From: Octopus vulgaris | Taxonomy: Eukaryota | Assembly (NCBI GenBank): GCA_951406725.2 | Contig: OX597826.1 | Span: 73,222,001 to 73,286,000, forward strand | Length of the DNA stretch: 64,000 nucleotides | Reading direction: 5' to 3' | Shown: piece by piece, positions 27,820 to 39,379 of the stretch | Layout of the letters: every line of letters starts with the position of its first letter | How positions within the stretch are numbered: position 1 is the first letter of the stretch | The notes under the pieces: model-generated | What the model saw: the letters and a program-made list of their open reading frames with translations, nothing else | Databases searched by the model: none | Told to the model about the DNA's origin: nothing | Made by a program: the position numbers and the translations under genes

Positions 27820-28900
27820 TGGTGAACTAGGATAGGGATTCCTGCAACCATATCTGACATAAAGGCTAAGTATGACTTAGCCTTTATGTCATAATCCGCA
27901 TCTGTTATTTTGGAGGTCAGATACCTGAAACTTAACGATTTTGTGAGGGCCCAGCCAAGTTCTTAGTTCTGACCAATTGGAATACGACGAACATAAATCA
28001 AGACAGAGTATAAATAAAAAAGATACAAAGATTTCTCCGTGGAAAACACCAGCAAACGTGTCGAAAGAATCTGTCTTGGTTAGGTGCGCCAATGTTTTTG
28101 TAGAGTGTTATTATATCTTTCATTAAGACGGCGAGCTGGCAGAATCGTTAGCACGCCGGACGAAATGCTTTGCGGCATTTCGTTCATCCTTACGTTCTGA
28201 GTTCAAATTTCGCCGCGGTCGACTTTGCCTTTCACCCTTTCGGGGTTGATAAAATAAGTAACAGTTAAGTTCTTTGATCGATGTAATCGACTTACTCCCT
28301 GTCCCGAAATTGCAGGCCTTGTACCAAGATTTGAAATTATTATATATTACATTCGTTATGTCTTGAAGGATCACAGTTTATGTCGAAGGTGTTCTTGGCA
28401 GGCAAGTAATTTCAGTTGGTACCGTTTGTCTTCCACTCTGCAATCGATCATTGGTTAGTTTTCTTGAGACATCTACGAGTAACCATGCAAATAGCCGTAG
28501 TAAGATTTTTAGTTGACCAGTTGTAAGGCCGTGAGCTGGCAGAGTCGTTAGCACCCCGGAAAAACTGCTTAGAGGCATTATTATGTTCAGAGTTTAAACT
28601 CCGCCGAGGTCGACTTTGCCTTTCACCACGTCAGTATCGATAAAATAAGCCGAGCTCTGGGGTCGTAATAGACTTCTTGACCCCTCGCCCGAAATTGCCA
28701 AAATTTGAAACTAATATTTGACCAGTTGCTTAACGATTCTTGCTGAACCAAACAAGGTTCCTATGAAGAATTTTCTCGAACGACCGTGAGATACGATTGC
28801 GTACCATTATGTTATAATTCTTATCTGCAACAGCTGTACATTTAAAAAGGAAACCGGTACTCCTACACGAAGCCTAACTCACCTTTTTCTCTATGGAAAG
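27820..28900 (-). mobile_element. Decayed RTE-group LINE RT fragment with nested SINEs
   Basis: TDSFDTFAGVFHGEIFVSFLFILCLD...ELG...KITDADYD resembles the GVLQGDTLAPFLFII.LD...ITDADYADD motifs. Confidence 0.55.
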
Positions 28901-30773
28901 TGAGTTACAGACTTCAGTTCATTTATTGATTGGGTTTTGATTCTAGACAGGATTGTACAGTTGGAGAAAGGCATCATTAAAAAACGGAGATTTTCTAGAC
29001 CTCCGGGAGGTATGTTATTAAAACCAAGCGACTTTTAGTTTTGATTTTAGTTGGACCATAATTTGATTCATCAGCTCTGAAGTGACCAACGTTGATATTT
29101 AATTTGTAATTTATGATTCTTTTTATAAGCTGGTCAGTAATGATTGGATGCTTCCGAAGAATGAAAAAAAAAAAAAAAGAAATTCTGAAAATGCTCCTTC
29201 TATTGTTTGAAAGAATCCTGTTAGCTTGAAGCTTTCAATTTAGCGCCATTTGTATTTTACCGGTCACTGATTTCATTAACAGTTGATTTATCCGCAATGT
29301 GTATAAACTAGATCAGGTCTTATTTTGAAAATAGGTTCTTTGTTCAAGTTCATACGAATCAATGTGTTGTGTGAATGTGTGCGTGTGTGCGTGCATGTGT
29401 CGGTTTTAAAATCACCGTAGTTTCTTTTTAAAGGTCTCATTTCTCAGATGGGTAACTACAAGCACACATACGCGCGCGCGTGCACACACACGCACACACA
29501 CATACACACACACACACGTATGCATTTCCCAATGACTGCGTCAAATTTCTAGGCTTTTTTTTTTTTACTTGATTTGGGCTTTGAACGGTATACAGCGTCC
29601 AGCCATATTATCATTTGATTTAACAAAAGGAAAGTATTTAAGTTTTAAGAGAATTGATTCCGGTTTCCATTTCAATTTTTTCTTTTTTCACTTCAATGAA
29701 TTCCCGATTGTGTATTTCTTCGTTGTTAGTCAGTGTAGCCCAGACATCTTAGAGATTACCAGAAAGAGAAAAAAAGGTTCTTGTTAAAAGTCTACAACTT
29801 CACTTCATTAGCTGGGTTCAAGAAAAATAACACTGCAGGGAAGAATTTCCATTGAAAGTGGCAACAATCATTCTCGGGAGAACCATTTTTTTTGTTGTTG
29901 TTGTTGTTGTATACTATTTAATAACTTGAGTGATTGTGGACTAACAAGTAGGTATACCTACTGCACCAGTTGTCGCATACATATAGTCTATTTTTTATTA
30001 TTATTTTTCCATGTGGTGATAGACACAAAAATTCCTATCATTCACCAGCATCATGATGCTTGAAGTTTACGTTCTTCAATGAATCTACGTTCTTCAATGC
30101 ATCCGGCATCGCTGTTCAACGTAGCTGTTCCAAGAAGCTGACAGACAACGACATTGGGAGTACGAACAACAATAAAAGTTGAAAATATCACGGAACGCTT
30201 ACATTTAAGCAATTTTGGTTTGAATCTGATTTTTTTACAGAACATTGCGGCAGTAATCGAAGCTACAGCATAGAAAGCGCTCCTTTGCTTGACAGTTCGA
30301 TAAGTGATGCGAAATGAACGTATAGACGTAGAGGTAGTGCAGTGAGTGCTAAAGTGAAACTAAATCACTTCAGCTGAATGACATCAATGATAGCCAGTGC
30401 TAGAGATGTTAGCATTTACTCACTTACGGAACTAGGTGACCCTCATCGATGTATGTCATCGCTATGAATCCTTCTTTTAGTATCTGATGTAGTGGTTTTC
30501 AATCGGAGTCAATATGGTCCTTAAGGGTCCATGTCAGATTTTATTCTTTTATTTTTTTTTTACTTGTTTCAGTCATTTGACTGCGACCATGCTGGAGCAT
30601 CGCCTTTAGTCGAACAAATCGACCCCAGGACTTATTCTTTGTAAGCCTAGTTCTTATTCTATAGGTCCCTTTTGCCGAACCGCTAATATACGAAGACGTA
30701 AATACACCAGCATCGGTTGTCAAGCGATGGTGGAGGGACAAACACAGACACTCAAACATATACACACACATAT

Positions 30774-30831
<58 letters not shown>

Positions 30832-30835
30832 ATAA

Positions 30836-30970
30836 TCGGTATTGAATTAAAAGAAGAAAATGGAGAGTTAATGCTTAATACTTATTAATAAATTGATAAT
30901 CATTCATTCCTACAATTGTTTCAATTTGTACTCATTCGATAAATTACAAATTGAATAAATCCTCTAATCA
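30836..30970 (-). mobile_element. Truncated hammerhead-bearing pseudo-LTR remnant
   Basis: Reverse complement has ..GAGGA..CAATTTGTA/TACAAATT hairpin, then GAAACAATTGTA-GGAAT (palindromic ACAATTGT). The 5' core is damaged. Confidence 0.45.
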
Positions 30971-31030
30971 ACTGATATACTTTATTATTATTAAAGCTGC
31001 AAAAAGTTCACTAAAATACCACAACAAAAA

Positions 31031-31074
31031 AAACTGGTACTCAGAGTTTCGCGTTCCCGTTCGTCGGAGAGTTT
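31031..31074 (-). ncRNA. Hammerhead ribozyme, CCGACGA core variant
   Basis: Reverse complement: AAACTCT-CCGACGA-ACG GGAA CGC-GAAA-CTC T GAG-TA-CCAGTTT. Confidence 0.65.
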
Positions 31075-31093
31075 AGATTGAGAATCTCAATCT

Positions 31094-31136
31094 AAACTGT
31101 TCGACGAACGAGACGTGAAACTCTGAGTACCAGTTT
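31094..31136 (+). ncRNA. Hammerhead ribozyme twin (C3 mutated: TCGACGA)
   Basis: AAACTGT-TCGACGA-ACG AGA CGT-GAAA-CTC T GAG-TA-CCAGTTT. Confidence 0.6.
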
Positions 31137-31257
31137 TTTTTTTGTGATATTTTAGTGAACTTTTTGCAGCTTTAACAATAATAAAGCACATTACCCTACC
31201 TCCAGTATTCGAGTACTATCTTTCCCACCATTTTTCACATTTATGTGCTTACTTTGG

Positions 31258-31290
<33 letters not shown>

Positions 31291-31296
<6 letters not shown>

Positions 31297-31687
31297 TCGG
31301 GGTGAGTACTTGATAATTATAAGCACCTGTGTATACCGTTTGGTGGTGTAGGTGGTGGAGTAAATTGATCAAAATAAAATAAAAACATGATGCGAAGGAT
31401 TCAGCGGTACATATGTTTCGGGCCTTTATTAGACAGATTTATAACAATGCATAATGTATGTCTGTGGCCTTCTTCAGCCGCGCACAACAGCTTCCACAAG
31501 GACATGTGTTACATCAAAAATTCTTGGTTGGGGATGCAAATCCTCTCATTCACGTACGACATAATGCGGCAGCAGCATAGAATTGAAGCGTCCATCTCTT
31601 TCTTAAGAAATATCTGTCTAATAAAGGCCCGAAACATATGTACCGCTGAATCCTTCGCATCATGTTTTTATTTTATTTTGATCAAAT
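31291..31687 (-). mobile_element. PLE pseudo-LTR fold-back with hammerhead (arms about 31364-31440 / 31608-31687, tail 31291-31363)
   Basis: Inverted arms of about 75 bp. (TA)n on both sides. Tail homologous to 37221-37290. Confidence 0.8.
31404..31481 (-). ncRNA. Type I hammerhead ribozyme with long helix II
   Basis: Reverse complement: GCGG-CTGAAGA-AGGCC ACAGA...TCTGT..AGGCCC-GAAA-CATATG-TA-CCGC. Helix I GCGG/CCGC, palindromic helix III ACATATGT, GUA triplet. Confidence 0.85.
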
Positions 31688-31692
31688 TATAT

Positions 31693-31727
<35 letters not shown>

Positions 31728-31999
31728 CACACACACGACGGGCTTCTTTCAGTCTTCGTCTACCAAATCCACCCACTCAAAAGGCTTTGGTTGGCCCGAA
31801 GCTATAATAGAAAACACTTGCCTAAGTTGGCACGCAGTGGGACTGAACCCGGAACCATGTCATGCGCCTTTGGTTAAAATTTGTGCAACAAATTGCTTAC
31901 ACTTGTACACTAAGTTACTTACACTTGTACACTATACTAAATATTTTAATATTCTTATATATAATTCCTATTAATAATTAATTATAAAAACAGTGTAGG

Positions 32000-32041
<42 letters not shown>

Positions 32042-32329
32042 TAAATGGCTATAGAGGTCCAGTAGAGTAAAGCAAGATTGAAATGGGTCCACGGACAAAA
32101 AATGGTTGAGAACCACTAAGTGCCTTTCACCTTTAATCATTGCTCATCTAATTCCTACACAGAATCTTTTCAATCACCATGGCGTTTCCATGGTTACTGA
32201 TATGGATTTACCGACATTATTGGAATTACCTCCTTTTCGATTCTAAGCATCCCAAGAGCGACCATGTTGTCTTCAAGTCACACGACTAACCTCGTTTAAT
32301 CAAAGTTTTCCACCTCGGTGTAGGATATA

Positions 32330-33565
32330 TATGAGATGTTAACGTAATCTATATTCGCGTTCTGCTAATCTAATATATCTTTCTAATCTATGTTAAATGT
32401 GCGATGTACGCATCTCCTTCGCGTTAGCTCTAATGTAATTGTCTTTTTAGTGTTAATTGCATTGTCTATATACCTTCTCCATTAACTGTGGGATCTTATT
32501 TATCTTCTCTTTGTTAACAGCCGTTTATATACTTTCTCTGATAACTATCTAATATATGTACGCGTATATGTATATCTGTATAAATGCGTATGTGTAAGCT
32601 TGTATGTATATGTATATATATATAATATCCTTTTCTATGTTGCGTGATGTACGCATCCTCTCCATATTATCTTTATCTCTTTTATCTTCTCTACGTTAAC
32701 TCTATGTTTTGCAGATTTTCTCTCAGTATTTCAGTGCTAACTTCGTAATCTATTTATCTTATGACTGTCTTATCTGTAGAACCGCTCTCCCTCTCTTCTC
32801 CCCTCCTTTCTCTCTCCTTCTTTCTATCTCTGTCGTCCTCCTGTCAACTGTGCACTCTCTGTACTTTGGGATTAATAGTGTAATCTATATCTTCCTTGTG
32901 TTGACTGTGTAATCTGCTCATCCTCTTGCTGTATGTCCTATTTATCTTGTCTCCGAATTATCAGAGACGTATAGAAGTCACCAGTTTTAAAATGTGCAAT
33001 CTCTTTATACCTTATGTTAACCGTGCAATCTATTTATCATCTATTTGTGTCGAACTACATACTCTAGTCATCCTTTGTCGGTGTTAACAATATAATGAGT
33101 CGATTAACTGTGGTAGGGGGTATTTCATATTTCCTCTGTTAACAATGTAAACCGAGCTCTCCTTTCTGTGTTAATTGGGGTGTCTGTGTTATCTAGGTAA
33201 ATCTATCTCCCGTTAGTAAACGGAAGGGTCTATCTGGCATTCTAGGTTAACTCTGTAATCCATTTCTCTTTTCTGTGTTAACTGATGGTGTCTTTTTTTA
33301 CTTGTTTCAGTCATTTGAGTGTGACCATGCTGGAGCACCGCCTTTAGTCGAGCAAATCGACCCCAGGACTTATTCATTGTAAGCCTAGTAGTTATTCTAT
33401 CGGTCTCTTTTGCCGAACCGCTTAGTTACGGGGACGTAAACACACCAGCATCGGTTGTCAAGCGATGTTGGGGGGGGACACATAAACACAGACACACAAA
33501 CATATACACACATACGCACACACACACACACACACACACATACATACACACACACACACACACAC

Positions 33566-33606
<41 letters not shown>

Positions 33607-33910
33607 GACAGGCTTCTTTCAATTTCCGTCTACCAAATCCACTCACAAGGCTATAGTAAAAAACACTTGCCCAAGGTGGCACGCAGTGGGACTGAACCCA
33701 AAACCGTGTGGTTTGAAAGCAAGCTACTTACCACACAATCACTCCTACGCGTCTGTTAATATTCTCTTATGTTAACTGCGTAAATACACCTATCCATTCT
33801 GTGTTAACTGTGAGTGGTCTGTTTATGCTCTGTGTTTACTGTATAAATTCAACTCTCTTTTCTGTGCTAACTAGGCAGGGGTTTATACTCTTCATGTTAA
33901 CTGTGTAACC
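32330..33910 (+). repeat. Old degenerate minisatellite (same family), with one SINE inside
   Basis: Recurrent TCTATTTATC...GTTAACTG roughly every 30-35 bp. Confidence 0.75.
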
Positions 33911-34638
33911 CAGTGGTTCTCAACCAGGGTCCATATGGCCTTTGGGGTGGGGGTTCCATAGGCCCCTTAAAGGTGCATATACGGTTTTATTGTTAAAATT
34001 TATCAGCAATAAATTAGTTACGCTTCTATAATACACAAAATATTTTAACATTTTTAACAATATTTTAACATATAGTTCCTAATATTTCTTAATTATAAAA
34101 ATATTCTTTGACTTGTTTCAGTCATTAGACTGCGGCCATGCTGGGGCACCGCTTCGAAGAATTTTAGCAGAAGGAATCGACCCAGGTACTTTTATTTATT
34201 TATTTTTTAAGCTTGGTACTTATTCTATTAGTCTCTTTTGCTGAGCTGTTAAGTTACGAAGACGTAAACACACCAACACCGGTTGTCAAGCGGTAGTGGG
34301 AGACAAACACAGATCCAGATCCACACATATACACCACACCCACATACACTACCCCCATATATATATATATATATATATATATACGTCGGGCTTCTTTCAG
34401 ACTCCATCTACCAAATCCACTCACAAGACTGGTTGGCCCGAGGATATAGTAGAAGGCACCAGCCCGAAGCGGCACGTAGTGGGACTGAACCCGGAACCAT
34501 GTGGTTGGGAAGCAAGCTTCTGACCACATAGCCACTCCTACGCCTATAGAATTTTTTAAACGTCAAATGGCTATAAGGGTCCAGTAAAATAAAATAGGAA
34601 TTATAAGTTTAAAAGAACAAAATGGCCGAGAACCGCTG
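33911..34638 (+). mobile_element. hAT/Charlie-type MITE with nested SINE
   Basis: TIRs CAGTGGTTCTCAACC / GGCCGAGAACCGCTG. 8-bp TSD GTGTAACC / ACGTAACC. Confidence 0.75.
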
Positions 34639-34957
34639 ACGTAACCTACGAAGTGGTATCAAAAAGGTCCCGGATTAGATTTGTAGCGCGCCAACAGATG
34701 GCAGCATACGGTTGCGTGTGCAGTGAAAGCTAACAGTGGTACAGATGAATGTGGTGGTCGTGTGGATAGTAGGAGTGATGTGGGTAGGCTATTGGTAAGA
34801 GTTTAAGAGACAACAGTTCTTTCTGTGTTAACTCTTTTACTTGTTTTCAGTTATTTGACTGTGGCCATGCTGGAGCACCGCCTATAGTCGAGCAAATCGA
34901 CCCCAAGACTTATTCTTTGTAAGCGTACTACTTATTCTATCGGTATCTTTTGCCGAA

Positions 34958-35003
<46 letters not shown>

Positions 35004-35160
35004 AAAGGCTTCTTTCAGTCTCCGTCCACCAAATCCACTCAGAAGGTTTTGGTCGGCCCGTGGCTATAGTAGAAGACACTTGCCCAAGGTGGCACGCAGT
35101 GGGATTGAACCCGGAACTATTTTGTTGGGAAGCAAGCTTCTTACCACACAGCCACTATAT

Positions 35161-35210
<50 letters not shown>

Positions 35211-35519
35211 TGTGTGTATACACCACGGGCCTCTTTCAGCTTCCGTCTACCAAATCCACTCACAAATCCAGTGACGCTATGTTAGCACCACTCCAAACTA
35301 CCACTACCACTTCCACCACGCAGCTGTTGGTCACAGTCTTCACCACTACCTCCACACCAATACTATACCACACCACTGCTATACTACATTATAACACTTC
35401 CACCAAAGTAAACCACTACCACCCAAACCATTACCGACTAAACTGCTACCTCCTTAAACTCTAAAGCCAATACCTTACCTATACCACTCCTACTATCGAC
35501 ACAACTACCACATTCACTT

Positions 35520-36360
<841 letters not shown>

Positions 36361-36622
36361 AACGACAGCAATAAATGCATGACTAATAACTTATGCATGT
36401 ATTAATGCATCGTTGCAGTCAACTGCTCACATGCACACAGGCGAGGCATCTGCACACATCGCCACAAAACGCATACACACACACACAAGCACACACAAGC
36501 ACACACACACACACACGAATCTGTATGATGTGTGAGTGCGTGTGTTTCCATGTGTGTGTCTGTGTGTGTGTTTGTGCGGCATGCAACATATTTATTGATA
36601 AATACCTGCATACCTGTTCCAT

Positions 36623-36776
<154 letters not shown>

Positions 36777-36888
36777 ATCTCTGAGACTTTGTGCGTGTGT
36801 ATGTGTGTTTGTATTTCTCTGTGTGTGCGTTTGTGAGTATCTTTCTGTATGTATGAGCAACATTATTTAAACATATATGCCATTTGTG

Positions 36889-36929
<41 letters not shown>

Positions 36930-37104
36930 CTGTCTGTATGTATGTATGTATATATATATGTAGGTAGGTATATATATACATATATATATATGCATGTATG
37001 TATATATATATATGTATGTATATGTATGTATATATATGCGTGTGTGTATATATATTATGGATATGCATATAAATTTATATATACATTATGTATATATATG
37101 TATA

Positions 37105-37144
<40 letters not shown>

Positions 37145-37220
37145 GTATATACATATAAGTATATATATGTATATGCATATTATTATGTATATACACATAT
37201 ATATATATAGTAGGTACTAT

Positions 37221-37338
37221 AGATTTGGAGTGAATACTTGATGAATGTAAGCACCTGTATATACCAGATATTGGCAGAGATGAGAGAATATATCAAATAT
37301 AAATTAAAAACGGAACTTTAATTTATATTTGGTATATA
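37221..37338 (-). mobile_element. Severely truncated fold-back of the 31291 family (tail plus 50-bp hairpin)
   Basis: AGATTTGGAGTGAATACTTGATGAATGTAAGCACCTGTATATACC matches 31291-31337. Hairpin TATATCAAATATAAATTAAA...TTTAATTTATATTTGGTATA at 37289-37338. Confidence 0.6.
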
Positions 37339-37619
37339 AATATATGTATAAATATATATATTACAAAAAGGATCTAAGCAAATGGCTCATGAGTGGCCAG
37401 TGGAATGTATATGAACAATATAGAGGAATACAGGTGTATCAAACACCATACAACATTCATTCTCCATTTATTAAAATTAGAAAATATGACAGACAGACAG
37501 AGGCAGAGACAGAGAGAAAGAGAGAGAGGCAGAGAGATATATTCTCCACGGTAACTGCAGTGTATTTGACCCTCAGCAGTTGAAATATGTCATAAACATA
37601 TTCCAGATAACCTAAATTC

Positions 37620-37668
<49 letters not shown>

Positions 37669-37671
<3 letters not shown>

Positions 37672-37725
37672 CTACGAGCATTAGACTTCTTGGAAAAAGG
37701 ATCGAATGCACGCGAAACAGGGACA

Positions 37726-37809
<84 letters not shown>

Positions 37810-38035
37810 TGTCCCTGTTTCGTATGCATTCGATCCTTTTTCCAAGAAATCTAATGCTCGTAGCTTAGTTTTTCCTTGGGGCTGGCCGGATCGGAGCGAT
37901 CTCAAGATTAATCAGCCGAAATTGCTAGGATGATCCGGTTCTTGACTGAAGATTGAAGGCTTCGAATGTCCCGTCCGTGTTTTTTGTATCGTCTTCTAAA
38001 TGTTTTACGTTCTTGTCCCAGTTTGTATTTTTCTA
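37669..38035 (+). mobile_element. Unclassified repeat with partial inverted copy around (TA)n
   Basis: 37669-37726 is the reverse complement of 37810-37866, separated by (TA)n. The body is homologous to 51560-51820. Confidence 0.65.
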
Positions 38036-38049
38036 CATATAATATATAT

Positions 38050-38483
38050 AATTATTATATATTTTCTAAGCAATGTCCAAGTCTCTATTTGCTGTCCGGC
38101 AATATTGATTCAGACGCATTGTGTGATGTCGGGCACGAAAATACCTTAAGCTAAGCCTGAAAGCAATGAAGTCATAAAAGAATCATCCATAACTTACAGT
38201 AAGCAACATTTATTAAAATAAAAGTATTCAGAACACAGAATAACATGTAACAAAAACAATTTGCAAACATATTTACATTCCCATATAACAGTTAAGAACA
38301 TCACCATTATTGTATTACGCATGCGCGGAAGCGTTTGTTCGACTAGGTGCTGCTGGCTTAATTACACACGACTCAAGTTAGAGAAGTGCGTATTATACAC
38401 AAGGTTTAGGTTTTTCAGAGGTACAGCCCTCTAAAAATCCCCTGCGTATTATACTCAAGGGCGGACTATACTCGAAGATTTAT

Positions 38484-38487
<4 letters not shown>
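38050..38487 (-). mobile_element. pogo/Tigger-like non-autonomous element end
   Basis: Terminus TACCATAAATCTTCGAGTATAGTCCGC (reverse complement) with repeated subterminal GCGTATTATAC motifs. Confidence 0.5.
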
Positions 38488-38528
<41 letters not shown>

Positions 38529-38558
38529 TATATATATATATAGTATATACATATATAC

Positions 38559-38606
<48 letters not shown>

Positions 38607-38609
38607 CAT

Positions 38610-38671
<62 letters not shown>

Positions 38672-39147
38672 CATATATAAATATATATATTATATACATA
38701 TATACGTATATATATATATATACTTATACATGCAGATACACATTCATACAAACACGCAAACATATGCGCACACACATACACACATACACACACAAACTCA
38801 TAGACCACACATACACACACGTCTGTTTTCGTTTGCAAACCAAAGAATGAAGTGCCTACTACATGACGTTAAGTTTCAATTTATCAGGAATCGCTCAGTT
38901 TCGTGCACCTACTCAATTAAGCAATTCCGGTTGGAGGAAGAGATATGTTCAAGAGACATTAATTAGGCTGATTTTCTTTGATTGAGGCTAATCAGCTGGT
39001 TGCTAACGTAGCAACTAATAAGTCAGCGGCTGCTGCTACTTACTACTGCTGTTGGCTTGGGAAAAGAATATTCTAAAATCTGGCGGGTAAATATCTGGAT
39101 TAAGGTAACTATTCTGAATCTGTTATGTATGAACTGGTTATGGGTTG

Positions 39148-39363
39148 TACAAGGAAGTGCTGAAAAGTCCCTGGCTTTAAGGGCATCACGAAAGACTTGC
39201 TTCGAGGCCCAACCTTCCGAGTTTTTTACAGGGCTTAGAAAATCTGAATGACCACTGCAATAAGTGTGTGACTCTGAGAGGGGAATATGTTGAATAAAAT
39301 CATGATTAACTGATCCGCCTGTATTTTCTTTTACTCAAAGCCAGGAACAGCATTACCCTCGTA
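39148..39363. mobile_element. Mariner-type MITE, about 220 bp
   Basis: Ends TACAAGGAAGTGCTGAAAAGTCCCTGGCTTT / AAAGCCAGGAAC..CCCTCGTA. Reverse-complement homologue at 61322-61541. Confidence 0.8.
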
Positions 39364-39379
39364 GTTAGTCAGATGGAAC

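Larger units (their letters stand above)
30980..31259 (+). mobile_element. Palindromic twin-hammerhead element (about 207-bp fold-back plus about 73-nt tail)
   Basis: Palindrome 30980-31186 centred on 31084. Homologous to 51043-51273 in both arm and tail. TA-rich flanks. Confidence 0.85.
30490..32118 (+). mobile_element. hAT/Charlie-type MITE (same family) split by nested insertions
   Basis: Left end TAGTGGTTTTCAATCGG, right end GGTTGAGAACCACTA. Internal pieces match 33911-34638. No clear TSD. Confidence 0.6.

Noticed and set aside
30051-30480. Unique sequence with a short ORF and a TTTTACAG acceptor-like site
   Set aside because: Stops in all frames over short distances and no recognisable protein motif.
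37940-37977. CTGAAGA...GAATGTC read as a canonical hammerhead (also CTGAGGA at about 51699)
   Set aside because: GAAU instead of GAAA and no consistent helix I/III. Kept only as an unknown conserved structure.
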